Shown piece by piece: positions 14,559 through 29,225 of a DNA stretch of 64,000 nt. The position numbers and the translations under genes were made by a program. Source of the DNA: Eledone cirrhosa (Eukaryota); the NCBI GenBank assembly GCA_964016885.1, contig OZ024756.1, forward strand, positions 30,814,001-30,878,000, written 5' to 3'. The stretch's first letter is position 1, and each line of letters begins with the position of its first letter. The notes below the pieces were generated by a model, which was not told the origin of the DNA, did no database searches, and was given only the letters and a program-made list of their open reading frames with translations.

Positions 14559-15044
14559 TTATGTGTGTGTGTGTGTGTTCATGGACTGTGAGCGTATGAT
14601 AAGATAGATATATCGATAGACAGACAGACAAGCAGTGGTCATATATCTTTTAACTCCTGCTAACTTTTTTTCCACGGAATACTACTTCTTTAATCCCATC
14701 ATTCTTGTTCAATTTATACATTGGTAAAGGAATCAAAAATAAACGATGCCTTTCTGAAGAAGACAAGAATTTACTAACTACAAACACAGTTGCATTCATG
14801 CTTCACAGATTAATATTCTTCACGAATAGCTTTCACCAGATAGCAATGCCATATATCTTTTGGAATTAGGCATCACCTTGCCAAAATACTATCCAAAAAT
14901 CGACTTTTGCAATAATTTTCCCCCACAAAACGAAAGATTTGTATGTTTGCCAGAAATGTTATACAGATTGTTGGAATTTATTTGGTTAGAAGTAGGGGAA
15001 AAGATTGAGAGAAAGAATGACAGATAGAGGGAGGGAATAAATGA

Positions 15045-15372
15045 GATATAGGGGGAGAGGGGAATGGGGAATGGGGATAGAGAGTGAGAGGGGAATGGAG
15101 ATAGAAGGAGGGGGAATGGGGTTAGAGGGAGAGGGGAATGGAGATAAAAGGAGGAGGAATGGAGTTAGAGGGAGAGGGGATGAGCGATAGAGGGAGAGGG
15201 GAATAGAGTTATAGGGAGAGGGGAATGGAGTTAGAGGGAGAGGGGAACGGAGTTAGAGGGAGAGGGGAACGGAGTTAGAGGGAGAGGGGAATGGAGTTAG
15301 AGGGAGAGGGGAACGGAGTTAGAGGGAGAGGGGAATGGAGTTAGAGGGAGAGGGGAATGGAGTTAGAGGGAG
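15045..15372. repeat. G-rich 21-bp minisatellite (ggagttagagggagaggggaa[t/c])
   Basis: About 15 units, most regular at 15227-15372. Confidence 0.9.
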
Positions 15373-15424
15373 ATACAATATTATGAAAAAAGAATAAAGA
15401 TTATTGATTTGTGATATATCAGTC

Positions 15425-15505
15425 TTTTTCTTCTTCTTTTTCTTCTTCTTTTTCTTCTTCTTCTTCTTCTTCTTCTTCTTGTTATTATTATTATTATTAT
15501 TATTA

Positions 15506-15562
<57 letters not shown>

Positions 15563-15580
15563 CTCTTCTTTCTCTTATGT

Positions 15581-15619
<39 letters not shown>
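15425..15619. repeat. Compound trinucleotide microsatellite (TTC)n-(TTA)n-(CAT)n
   Basis: Direct inspection. Confidence 0.95.
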
Positions 15620-16220
15620 TCAGTAGACGGTTACGTCTCATAGAGATTCATGTAGAATATATTTTCTTCCCAGATCACACAAAGAAAAAGAACATTAGTA
15701 TGTTTGCTTTCACCACTAAAATCCTCCGGACCGTGGGTCACGAAAACCGCCTGCATTCGGACAGTATATATTTGTTTACACGTTTCTACAAATAGCCATT
15801 TTGTTATATTAGCAGTCACGGCTAGAAATAGCTGTCAATTCTCTCACAAATTGTAGCCTGTTCACATTTTAAAATTGCAATAAATATTAGATCATTCTGG
15901 CTTATATAGTGTCTGGATGAAATGAAAGGGGTGAACCTGGTTGGAATACCATTTGTCTTTCGTCTGTTCGATCAATGCTGACATGAGGCTAAATAACATA
16001 GGAATTTCCACCCGAAAGACAGCTAAAACAACAGAATGAATTATAGCCACCAACTCACCATAGTATACATAGAAGATTGTCATTCTTTTCACACCATCAG
16101 AGGCACACATTGCAATTCACAACAGGGTTACCTATTGTAGAATTATCTAGAATGGTATAGGAAAATATCAAAGCGTCAGGCTTCTGGTTAAATGAGTGTA
16201 AGTCGACGTAATGTCTGTTG

Positions 16221-16408
16221 TGGATTGGCAGTATCGGTAGAGGGTCGGATGCCATGCTTTCCAGCATAGTTACGTCCCTTTACGATCTGAGTTCAAATCC
16301 CGCCGAGGTCAACTTTGCCTTTCATCCTTACGGGGTCGATAAAATAAAGTACCAGTAATGTACTTCGGTAATTGCTGGCCTTGTGCCTAAAGTAGAAACA
16401 ATTATTAT
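16221..16408 (+). mobile_element. tRNA-derived SINE family 1, full length
   Basis: A box tggcagtatcgg, B box gagttcaaatcc, body ccgaggtcaactttgcctttcatccttacggggtcgat, tail ggccttgtgcctaaagtagaaacaattatta. Confidence 0.88.
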
Positions 16409-17351
16409 CTTTTCCAATCCCGGAAGCACATCAGTCTGTTTCTTTATTGGACGTGTTTGTGAGATATTGTGTCTGATTCTCAGTCATTATCATAATCCCA
16501 TTTGAGCCAACAGCATACTCCCCTAGGTTTCAATTATTTTAATCAGGTCATCGTTTTGAAAATAATTCATCTGCCCTCTTGTCGGCCTACCCATCCTGCT
16601 ACCTCAACTACAAACGGGTGCACTTACGCCTGTGCATTTGGGACTGTGAGTAAAATAGACAAATAGATAAAGGAGATTGGAGTAGTTTCCTATAGAACTT
16701 CTTCGAACTGTTTGCAGCTTGAGAACAGAGAAAATGATCAGAAGGGTTTTCAGTTTTTATTGGCTTATTGAAATCATGTGGATACGCAAGGTTACATACA
16801 GTATCAAACTACACTCTCATATCTTACCAGGAATGAGATCAACCCTGAGTTAAATATCAACTCTGTCTCGATAATAACCAGTATAAAAAGGAAAACTGCA
16901 GTCAAATCACCGTGTTTAGTTATCTCCCTTTCGTCTAATTTGCGGAAGCGGAGGATGTCTGATGAGTGGTTTGCATGATGGTGAACGTGTTTCAGCATGT
17001 GACATCTCAGATGAGTGAGAATTATGACTGGGATGCCTTTGATCATAGAGTCCATAACCACTAGACAGAGGAAGACTACCCGTTGTACATTGACAAATAA
17101 AAAGCGGTAGGTAAATAATTAATATAGACACGGTTGTAGATAATGAATGATAAACATAATAATCTACACTGAGTTAAAACACGACATGACACAAATTATA
17201 TCAATTATTCTTTTTTTTCTTTTGTCTTTGTGTGTCTATTTGTTGTTATTTTTGGTTTTTGTTTTAGTTTCTTGCTGTTTCAAACGGACGCAATTAAATT
17301 TAAACGCGTAATCTTCTTTGACAAGGGAAATAATCAATTTCCATCATCAAA

Positions 17352-17444
<93 letters not shown>

Positions 17445-18172
17445 CACCGACAGAGATTGTATTCAAATTTATTTGACTAAGATTTGTGCCTGGTAATTGC
17501 TTCTGCTGGTTCTTGTCATTCCTTATCTTTATTTTTAGGTTTTAGTTATGTACATTTACATTTTCATTTGATTTTTATTTTCACTGTGTTCAGTATATGA
17601 AGAAGCTGTTGTTCCCCTTGTCGTTGTTGTTGTTTTGTTGTTGAAGCTGTTGGGCTTCCGTCGGTTGTACCATGCATTTTCCGGTTGATTTCAACGACAG
17701 ACGGAACTGGCTCCTAGCGGAATTTACAAAAAACATTTTATATATACTTTCAAAATTTCAAATTCACTTGGCTCTTCGTAAATGAATAATTGTGTTTGTT
17801 AACGATCTAGGCAGTGATATAAAGATTTATGAAAAGGATGAACAATTATCTAGAAACACTTTGATGTACTAGTAATGCAGCATTCCAACATACATCCGTG
17901 TGGGTGATTATTTGCCTAACATTTTCAACAATTATACGGTTAAACATGTTTTGTGCCAACTTTACAACGATCTAACATATTTTCAATACACACACACACA
18001 CACACACACATATATATGTGTGTGTGTGTGTGTGTGTTAGTGTGTGTGTGTGTGTGTGTGTGTATGCATACGTGTATCTATGGATCGATATATCTATTTA
18101 TATATATATTAACCCATACTAGCGTGAAACATATACGTTAAACGATGATGATGATGATGATGATGATGATAA

Positions 18173-18228
<56 letters not shown>

Positions 18229-18261
18229 GTGAATATGTATAAACAATGTAAATATATAAAC

Positions 18262-18318
<57 letters not shown>

Positions 18319-18704
18319 TCACCGTGAATCGCATTTCGACGGGTAGAAAAAGCGAAACATAACGCAACATCCGAGTCATGCTGGCAAGCGCTCCATGGGC
18401 TAAAAGACCAGAGCAATAAACATAGGTTATAAAGGCCATACAATATTTATTAATTTCTCATTGAGCCACAACGTGACCGGTTGCAAAACACGTATATATC
18501 TATGACTTTATATATTTGTGTAAACCTTTATATATATATATATATACTATTAATAATGAGTTCAAAACTCAGGCAGTCCTTTACAATGAAATAGCTCAAA
18601 GAAAGAAGTATTTCTGAGCCGTGTAATACAAGTTAATATAAATTAATATATTTGATAAACACAAATACCAACATATATATTTATACATATATATATATAC
18701 ACAC

Positions 18705-18764
<60 letters not shown>

Positions 18765-18772
18765 TCACACAC

Positions 18773-18875
<103 letters not shown>

Positions 18876-18980
18876 TATATACATATATATATATAAGTAT
18901 GTATGCATACATACTTACATTTAAGTAACTGCCGTACTAAGAGTGAGAAATGAAATTTCGTTTCATTTTTTCCACATATA

Positions 18981-19069
<89 letters not shown>

Positions 19070-19599
19070 GTAGGTATTTCATTTGTAGCTCATATTATCG
19101 TTATTTTTATACTTTCTGTAGGTCTTTGTGGTTGCTGTCACAGTATAGTTGTTACAATTGCTATTGTTTTAATTTTTATTGTTACTGTTATTGTTATTCT
19201 TACAGTTGCTCTGAGTGTTTCTACTATTCAAACTGTTGCTTTTGTCATTACTATTGTTATTATTACTGTTTCTGATGGAGCCATTATCTGAGATGTGTGC
19301 AGATAAGCGTTAGTATAACAATGTTTACAGTTCACATTGCCATAGGAGAGATTCTCGCAGATTAACTAAGCTAATTAAATATCCTCAAACTGCAAACATG
19401 TGCAACGTACTGGATTTCAATGTAAGCTGCATTTGGTACACTGTGCAACGTGGAAATTAATGCATGATATAATTCCATTTGGTGTTATTTACATTCAGTA
19501 GTAGAAGCAGTAGCATCATCACTATGATAATCCCTCCACTCTGCCACCTTCACTTCGTCATCTTTCTCCTCCTCCTCCTCGGCACTTACTTTTCTGTTG

Positions 19600-19620
19600 C
19601 TACCCTCTCCTCCTTTTTTC

Positions 19621-19652
<32 letters not shown>

Positions 19653-20084
19653 GTTATAATAATAATAATAATAATCATCATCATCATTAACATCATCATC
19701 ATCACCATCGTCGTCAACATCCTTCCCCTCCTCATTATCATCACCATCATCATCGTCATCATTCATCAACGTCGTCATCCTCATCATCATCGTCATCGTC
19801 GTCGTCGGCATCATCACCATCGTCATCATCATCAACATCATCATCGTCACCATCATCGTCATCATTATTTTAATCATCATCCCGCCGAGGTTAACTTTGC
19901 CTTTCATCCTTACGGGGATCGATAACATAAAGTACCAGTAATGTACTGGGTTATTGCTGGCCTTGTGCCAAAAGTAGAAACAATTATTTTAATCATCATC
20001 ATCATCATCATCATCACCATCACCATCACCCCTCTTAAACCTTCTCCTCCACTTCCTCCTCCTTCTGCCTTTCATCATCCTCAC

Positions 20085-20147
<63 letters not shown>

Positions 20148-20229
20148 TTTAATCATCATCATTACCATCACTATCACCACTCTTAAACTCCTCTTTTACC
20201 TTCTCCTCCCCATCCTCCTCCTTCTGCCT

Positions 20230-20260
<31 letters not shown>

Positions 20261-20441
20261 CGGCCATAATCATACTCATCACAATCCTCACTCTTATCAT
20301 CATCATCTATACTATTATCGCCATCCTTATCACCACCATCATTATTATTTTTATCGTTATTATTATTAATATTATTATTATTATTATCTTCATCGTCATT
20401 CTCGTCTATCTATCATCATCATCATCATCATCATCATCATT
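19600..20441. repeat. Degenerate (CAT)n / (TAT)n field
   Basis: Direct inspection; source of the poly-H/M/I/D ORFs. Confidence 0.9.
19879..19988 (+). mobile_element. SINE family 1, 5'-truncated, within a (CAT)n field
   Basis: cccgccgaggttaactttgcctttcatccttacgggg..ggccttgtgccaaaagtagaaacaattatt. Confidence 0.85.
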
Positions 20442-20589
20442 ATGAAATTAAGGAAAGGAAAAAAAACGAAAAGAAAAGACGATCCTTATCTGTTCAATAT
20501 TGACATGAGAATTACTATTGCATCGACAGGTGCACCAGCACAGTCTTTCCTTAAGTGTGGGCAGCAGTTGCTTGTATTGAGTGTAGAAC

Positions 20590-20658
<69 letters not shown>

Positions 20659-20815
20659 GTATATATATGTATGTATATATATATATATATATACGTATAT
20701 ATATATATATGTATGTATATATATATATGTATATATATGTATATATATGTATGTATATATATATATGTATATATATGTAGGTATATATATGTATGTACAT
20801 ATATATATATATATG

Positions 20816-20846
<31 letters not shown>

Positions 20847-20871
20847 GTATATGTATATATATATATGTATG

Positions 20872-20946
<75 letters not shown>

Positions 20947-20952
20947 CTGTGC

Positions 20953-21007
<55 letters not shown>

Positions 21008-21026
21008 TATGTATATATAAATATGT

Positions 21027-21298
21027 GGAGGCACGTGGCCTAGTGGTAAGGGTATTGGACTTACGATCATAATGTTCGATTCCTGGGTTGCGTGTTGTGT
21101 TCTTGAACAAAAGTCTTCATTTCACGTTGCTCCAGTTTACTCAGCTGTAAATGAGTACCATCAATAGCTGAAGGTTTAACCCTGCGATGGACTGGCGTCC
21201 TGTCCAGGGGGGAGTCTTGTACACTCAGTCGCTTCACGCCATGAAACCGGGATAAACACCGGCCAAATGAGCCTCCTGGCTTAAGACAGACTTTAGAC
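21027..21298 (+). mobile_element. tRNA-derived SINE family 2 with V/Meta-like central domain
   Basis: A box tggcctagtgg, B box gttcgattcc, central aaccctgcgatggactggcgtcctgtccagggggg, tail gcttaagacagacttt. Confidence 0.8.
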
Positions 21299-21372
21299 TT
21301 TTTAGATATGTAAATATATATATATATAAATATATATATATATACACACACACACAGACACACATATATATA

Positions 21373-21771
21373 TGACCCCTTAGCCTTTGTCAAGGCAGAA
21401 TTCTAGGAGAAGGAAAACTCTGATATAACACCTGCAACCCTGATGGTATCCAATGATGTTGACTTGTTCTTCTTTTTGGTAAATATCATCTTGGTTAAGA
21501 GAGTGGGACTGGCTTTGTGCAGTGCCTTTGCTCACTATAAAAGCTTCACGGCACAGGCATTGCTTTATATCTGGAGATCTCTCTGCACTTGTCGTCACAT
21601 GGTACCATGGGCCCATCACTATGTGTCAGTAATTGTCACAAGTGTAGTGTTTGTACCAGAGTTTTCAAGTCGCTGGCTGGACTAAAAAGTCACACTCGTT
21701 CAGCGCATCGGTAGGGGTTCTCCTACATGGATATAAAGTAGTGGCCGTACTCGAAAACGAGTTGGCAGCCA

Positions 21772-21775
<4 letters not shown>
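21373..21775 (+). mobile_element. Non-autonomous bipartite RTE-derived element, copy 1
   Basis: 5' motif ggcagaattctaggagaaggaaaactctga typical of RTE 5' UTRs; 21637-21714 encodes [25 protein letters not shown]; short 3' UTR then (TA)n. Confidence 0.75.
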
Positions 21776-21818
<43 letters not shown>

Positions 21819-21942
21819 TGTATATATGTATATATATATATGTATATATATATGTATGTATATATATATATGTACATGTATATATGTATATATGTATATA
21901 TATATGTACATGTATATATGTATATCTATATATGTATGTATG

Positions 21943-21990
<48 letters not shown>

Positions 21991-22838
21991 TATATATATT
22001 ATATAAGTAGATGTATATATAAATATATGTGTGTGTGTGTGTGTGTCCGTCTTTGCATATGTAAGTGTGAGCATGTGTTTGTATGTGTATGTGTGTGTGA
22101 GGGCATATCAGTATGTGCCTTTGTGTGTGTGTGAGTATGTGTGTATGTGAGTATCTGTATATGCGTATAATAAATCGGCTGATGTCAGACCTGAAGATAT
22201 CATAGGCTCCACTGTGTTAAAATATCCCCAGATTCCAGACCCACGGAACTTCACAATGATACCCCTTCGGAACCACCCACGTATCAGGCCCGATGGCTGG
22301 CTGAAAATTAATTACCATTCCATTAAACCGTCGCACATATATATATATTTCCATTTTCTTTCTAAGCTTCTCTTCAGGTTCCTATTTACCATTCCAGCAG
22401 AAAAAAAAATGGCGAGGTGGGGATAGAAATGGTCGGAAACTTTGTCTTAATTCTCTATAAGGTTCTGTTTAATAAAACGCCAAAGCTCACGACCGCTTCA
22501 CCGAGTTCTTTCTTCTCTCAGCAATGTACAGCAATGTACAGCAATGTACAGCTTTCTTTTCTATCAAAAGAAGAAGAATTGTGCAATATCAAAAGATAAA
22601 TAGATAAATCGTACACATCACTCTTTTCCTTCTCTTCCTTCTCCTCATTCTCTTCCTCCCTCCCCTGCTACTTCCCTTCTCTCAGTCAAATTCTCTTATC
22701 TCTAATATCTTTCCTTTTCTTATACTACCTTAAATCTCTTATCATCTTTTCAATGCGTTTGTGTCGTTCTTCAATAATATCTGATGTATAGTGTAATATA
22801 ATGTGATATAATGCCATACTATAGAATATACGCATATA

Positions 22839-22994
<156 letters not shown>

Positions 22995-22995
22995 T

Positions 22996-23033
<38 letters not shown>

Positions 23034-23193
23034 TATATCTCGGGAATGTTACCCGCCCTAGATACATAGATATGTATATATATATGTGTGTGTGTGCGTG
23101 TGTGTTTGAATATGTGTATGTATGTGGTCATATATCTATGGTCGTTAGAGCGTGCCTTTACGTGTTGCCGAAAGGCTTGGCATATATGTATGC

Positions 23194-23262
<69 letters not shown>

Positions 23263-24536
23263 TTCTTATATATATTAATTCTTATATATTATACTTCAAA
23301 CAATATCTGAAGCCATAGTAAATAATGCGTTGTATATAATGATATAATCTTCACAAGTTTTCTGATGATATAATATCCATGTCATAATCTGATGTCGCTG
23401 TAGTTATTTTATAACCCCTAGTTGATAAATTGTGTCCGAATTTCTGAGTTAAGGGATTATTATTATCATAAATGTATTCATTCTGACTACTGCGCTCATT
23501 TTTAATGCTATACTTTGAAAGAGTCGGCCATTAGCCCAAAATCCAGCTGTCTCCAGTAAAGTTCTTAGAGTAACTAAATGAAAGCTGAATTCAGGTGACG
23601 GCTTTCATAAAGTTGTTAAAGCGCAGGACAACATTTTTTGTGTTATTCTCTTCAAGCTCTCTACTCTCGGAGTTCAAATTTAGCGCACGTCAACTCTGCT
23701 TTTTCAAACAACCATCGGAGCTTCGCATTCTTCGCAAAAAAATTACCCAACTTTCTAAGACGCGTCAATCTCTACTTTGATGTTTCTCAAATTACTTATT
23801 TTCTCTCTCCCAAGAACTCCCACTACATTATTTATCAATAGATATTGATCTACCGATTTTAAGCTAAACATCAATGATATTTTCTCATCTTCAGCAAAAA
23901 ATATTCGAAAAAATTCTTTGTTGTACATATATATATATATATTTTCAGTTAAGTATTTTTCTTCTCTCGTAATACCTGATTATGAATGATCTTAAACTAA
24001 ACTCATATGTCTGTTTATTGTAATGTCTGCTGTCATAATCCCCCACTCCCAATTCTCGCCATCAAAGCAGCATTATGGAGAATTAGATAAAAGATTTGAG
24101 CAGGAAAATTTGTGGCATTTCTCGTTCCCAAGTGTTTTATTGATTAGTAACAAATCTTTTAAAAGGGTTGATATTAAATTCTTATTAATCTTTACAACAA
24201 AAATAATTCCTTTGAAATAAATGTATTGTTGTTCTTGCAAGTCAATAATAATAGTATACCATTTATACATTGTTTTAACATTAATATTTCTATTACACAA
24301 TCCGTGTAATATAAACAAATGTTAAAAACAAAGGGGAAAACAAACAACAACAACGACGACAACAACAGCCGCAACAACAACAACATATTTTTCAATGCAT
24401 AGTTTGAAAGTAAATCTAGGGGGGAAAAAGTCATTTGACATCAATCAATAGGAATAGAAGAATATCCAATATATCCTGGCATAAAAAGTAAATATATATG
24501 TAATTGTGTTAAACACAATTATAATGATATCTTGTG

Positions 24537-24580
24537 AGAAAGATAGATAAAAAGAAAGAGAGATAGAAAGAAAGAGAGAT

Positions 24581-24639
<59 letters not shown>

Positions 24640-25109
24640 GAGAATGAAAGAAAGAAAAAGAGAAAGTGAGAAAGAAAGAAAGGGAGAAAGAGAGAGAGAG
24701 AGAGGAAGACGGAAAGACAGAAAGAGAGAGAGAGAGCGAGAGAGAGGGAGAGAAAAGAAAGAAAGGAAGAAAGAGAGAAAGAATGAAAGGGAGACGGAAA
24801 GACAGAAAGGAAGGGAAAGATGAATGAAGAAAGAAAGGGAGAGCGAAAGGAAGAAAGAGAGAAAGAATGGAAGAAAGAGGGAAAGAGAGAACGAAAGAGA
24901 AAAACAAAGAGAGAGAGAAGAAGAGAGAGAGAAAGAAAGAAAGAAAATAAGAGAGAAAGAAAGAAAGACAGAAAACCGAGAAAGAAAGAGGGAGGAAGAA
25001 AGAAAGAAAGAAAGAAAGGCAGAAGAGAAGAAAGAAAGAAATAAAGAAAGAAAAAGATAGAGAGAGAAAGATAGAGAGAGATAGAGAGATAGAGAGAGAG
25101 AGAGGGGGT

Positions 25110-25183
<74 letters not shown>
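24537..25183. repeat. Polypurine tract (GAAA)n/(GA)n
   Basis: ~650 bp that is almost entirely purine on the + strand. Confidence 0.95.
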
Positions 25184-25184
<1 letters not shown>

Positions 25185-25475
25185 GATTTGAAGAGACACT
25201 GAATGGCAAACACCAGAAATACCATTTTGTCAATAGTTACAGTTAGAAAAATAAAATGACGCATCTTAAAATAACATAATCATCAATTATAAAACGTATA
25301 TAACAACAGAATTTAGAACAAAGCCTAAGATAAGATATATATATATGTTTTCAGGTTATGTAACTGTTATAGAAACATGTGTCAATAAATTCCTTCTAAC
25401 TAAACTGTATCGATTAAAATCCTTCTATATATATATATATATATATATACATATTTGTACATATATGTATATATA

Positions 25476-25536
<61 letters not shown>

Positions 25537-25542
25537 GTACAA

Positions 25543-25608
<66 letters not shown>

Positions 25609-25779
25609 GTGTGTATGTGTGTGTATGTATGTATATATGGAGGTATATATATATATATGTAATAAACTTTACAATAACACAATATAAGTAATATAATTTA
25701 AAATAATATAGTTAAAGGTAATATATAAATATATATGATTATATGTGTGTGTTTATATATATCTATATACACACAAATA

Positions 25780-26090
25780 TAAGATGGTGTAGGACAGAAT
25801 AAAGGAGAGACACAAAAAAAAAACCTAGTCGCTGATGAGGTCACAGAATATGTGAGGAAAGAGCTTTGACACTATATAAACAACCATCCGGTTATCGAAC
25901 CAACCGACCAATGGTTGGTTCGATAACCGGATGGTTGTTTATATACTGTCAAAGCACTTTCGTCCCACGTTCCGTGACCTCAGTGATGAGAATTTTATCG
26001 GGAGCATGACTCTCCCAAATTATGACTATATCTCATTCAACACACGTTTCAGATAAGAAATCTTGCAAAACAAATTCCAAAACGATGTAT
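25780..26090 (+). mobile_element. Family B element with internal palindrome 25836-25982
   Basis: Shares aagatgg(t/c)gtaggacagaa.. and ..catgac(t/c)ctcccaaa..caacacacgtttcagata..aaacaaattc with 46190-46495; flanked by TA-rich tracts. Confidence 0.75.
25828..25870 (+). ncRNA. Hammerhead ribozyme (family B), intact core
   Basis: gtcg CTGATGA g gtcac agaatat gtgag GAA AGAGCT T tgac; homologous to 46244-46286. Confidence 0.7.
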
Positions 26091-26110
26091 ATATATATAT
26101 AAATATATAT

Positions 26111-26211
26111 AACGAAGGAGGTGTGATAAGGAACCAGATGGACCATAATGCACCAGAGTACTGAATACGAAACGACTTGAGCTCTGCCGTCGGGGTTAAA
26201 CTTTTTCCTAT
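26111..26211. mobile_element. Family C element, two inverted pieces joined at cgaaacg
   Basis: 26111-26168 is the minus-sense 3' end; 26168-26211 is plus-sense and starts at cGAAAcgacttgagc. Confidence 0.75.
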
Positions 26212-27121
26212 AAATATATATATACATATATATATTTATATCAAAGGCATGTATTGAGTTAGAAACTGAAAATAGTCTCATTACAGTAAATTCTAACTCA
26301 ATACATGCCTTTGATATATTCGGCTCCGTTAATTCGTCGAGCTAATTCAAATGTCGAGTAAACTCGGCTGCTATTTTTAGTGACGTGAGTGTGCGAGACA
26401 CGATAAGTTCGGGAACCATGTGCGTTACATATACGCACATTACCCAGTTTTTTTTATTAGAGTTAGAAGTGACCAGGATACTAATTTCTTCACCCGCTGT
26501 TGAGCTTAGGACTTTGGTACTCCTTTTCACAAATAATATTGCGAAACAGTTCTATCAAAACTGTCCGGGTGTTCGGTTGCTACCACAATTATGATTTGTA
26601 CTTATTTCTCTTGATTTATTCTTAAATTGAGTCTGGCAAACCCTGTTGTCTGTAGTTGGTATTTTTTTCACCTTAGCTATTCTGGTCCATTACGATTTGA
26701 ACACATATATATATATATCTGGGTTCGTTTTTCTTTTTGGTTCAGTTATACTATATATATATATATATATATATATCTAAGGCGGGTAAAATTCCCGAGA
26801 TCCATGGACGAGTTCTCCCCAGCGGTCTCTGTCCCTCATTATCGCTACCATGTCCTGCGTCTCCAACAGACCAGTGTCTGTCCTCAGGGCATCACCATAC
26901 GTTAACCTTGGTCTTCCTCTTCTATATTAATTGAATAAGTAGATTTCGCCGAATTTTGAGAGCGCAACGTTTGTCCAACATTATCATATATATAAATAAA
27001 TAAATAAATCAATATATATATATGTATTTTCATTTCATTTGAGTTTGAGTCCATGCTCAGGCCAAGTCGAAGACTCCACCCTCAATGTATATATGTATAT
27101 ACATATATATATTTATTTATA

Positions 27122-27360
27122 TTGAAAATTGCAAACTTGACTGTCACCACACATTATGAACCTGAAGATTGCGAAAGCCTGAAAGTACTTGTTCAATTAA
27201 CACTTAACATTTAATATTCTACCATACTATTTCATTATAATACCATTATAAATTTTAAAGAATTGTAAATAAAACGAGTAAATCAGACAAGGTGGAATTC
27301 CTTTTATTAATATAATCTTCTATACACAATCATACACACCCGTGTATATTTATCTATCTA
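27122..27360 (+). mobile_element. Family A element, second copy (HHR at 27157-27195)
   Basis: Highly similar to 14274-14515; tgaac CTGAAGA ttgc gaaa gcct GAA AGTACT T gttca; embedded in (TA)n. Confidence 0.85.
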
Positions 27361-27390
27361 TATATGTATATATATATATGTGTATATATA

Positions 27391-27462
<72 letters not shown>

Positions 27463-27539
27463 TATATATTAAAATAACAGATTAAAGTTTAAGCAAAGTC
27501 GAGCCCTCTTTGGATTTTAGTCTTCAAATTTATTATTAT

Positions 27540-27591
<52 letters not shown>

Positions 27592-28254
27592 TACATACAT
27601 ATATATATACATATATATATATGTTGTTATACTTGGGGAGGGTCATATTGTTATAATATTGCCAGAAAAAATAACAGAACACACTCTGGGAAAAACAACA
27701 AGATAAAAACATTTACTATATACAACTTTATATATATATCTATACTTGCGTAAAGATATATATTTTTGCTTCAATTTATATATATATGTATATATATATA
27801 TTTATATATAGAGAGAGAGAGATAGAGAGAGAGAGGGGGGAGAGAGAGGGAGGAAGAGAGAAGAGAGCTCAACTTAAAGTTGATATACTAAAACACAAAT
27901 GACCAGTCTACCGAGCACTGGGATTGAAATTGATGCTTAACTCTGACGACTATGTTACCAAAAATCATTATTAAAAGATCACTGAGTGCAAATGTATTGG
28001 GTTATGCAAATAATTCAATTAATTCCATTTGATATATGAAATCAAAGGTGAACAGATTCAACAGATTTGCATAATTTTCGTTAACCAAAGAAGATAAGAT
28101 GATTTCAAATTTAAAATCGCAGACAAGAAGTTATTTAATAATAAATGATAATTGGAGGCTCGACGAAATTTTGAAAGCCAAACATTATCGCTTCGTTACA
28201 GACATTTTCATAGACGAGTGTGTAAACATATATATATATAAATACACACACACT

Positions 28255-28298
<44 letters not shown>

Positions 28299-28319
28299 GT
28301 ATAATAAACAATACAATAT

Positions 28320-28790
28320 AATTACCTCATTACCAGAGGTTTCCGAATAAGACGAATACGAAAAACGTCCTCATTCGTTCGCCGGACAAGGCAATTTAAA
28401 ACATAGTGAAATATTTGGAAAGTCTCCTCAAGAAATGCGAAAAATATATAAATAAAAGTAATGCAAGAGATATTAAAAAAATATAAAAAAGAATATATAA
28501 AAAATATATATATATATGGAAACTATATTTATAAAACCATATTTATTCTATTACATATATATCAAGGGTACAAAAACTTTGATACGCTTTCATCAGAGTT
28601 TGTTTTATGAATTCTGACATAACCAAGAAAAGATACATTAACAGTTCAAGTTTTTCTTTGGATAGTCATTTAATATCAGTGAATATTATACTCCAGAAAC
28701 ACTGTCGAGTTCTCTAAATCAGTTATAAACATTTATATTTGTTGAATTACCAACAAATTTTATATCCCTTTTGCTTATATATATATATAT
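28320..28790 (-). mobile_element. PLE 3'-end remnant related to the 3' end of the large PLE
   Basis: 28519-28650 aligns by eye with 30314-30465 (ggaaactatatt..accatatttatt..tcaaggg..cgctttcatcag..tttgttttat..tgacata); flanked by (TA)n; degenerate HHR at 28325-28391. Confidence 0.65.
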
Positions 28791-28816
28791 ATAATAGTCT
28801 TCAAATGTATTACTAT

Positions 28817-28878
<62 letters not shown>

Positions 28879-29164
28879 GAGAGGGAGAGAGAGAGAGAGA
28901 GAGAGAGATAGACATATAGATGTGCAATATATACATTTAAACATTTAAGTTTGATATTAAACATATAACATTTATATATTTCAATAAATCTCTGTCATCA
29001 AAAGAATTGTGTACTACACCCATGTACACACAAATGTTCATACATACACATACACCAATATACACATATATATACGGGTGTGTATGTTTCTGCGAATATG
29101 TGAATGTGTATTTATAACCGTGTGAGTATAGATATGTGTGCTTTTCTGTCTATATATATATATG

Positions 29165-29225
<61 letters not shown>

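Noticed and set aside
16804-17061. 85-aa ORF (SDILRFRKL) as LINE remnant or exon; CTGATGA at 16969
   Set aside because: Resemblance too weak to support; no GAAA core for a ribozyme.
19479-20186. Poly-His/Met/Asp/Ile ORFs
   Set aside because: (CAT)n microsatellite read in different frames, with a SINE fragment inside.
21027-21090. tRNA gene
   Set aside because: A/B boxes are present but there is no complete cloverleaf and it continues into a SINE body.
24445-25264. 250-aa Leu/Ser/Phe 'membrane' ORFs
   Set aside because: Reverse strand of the (GAAA)n/(GA)n tract.
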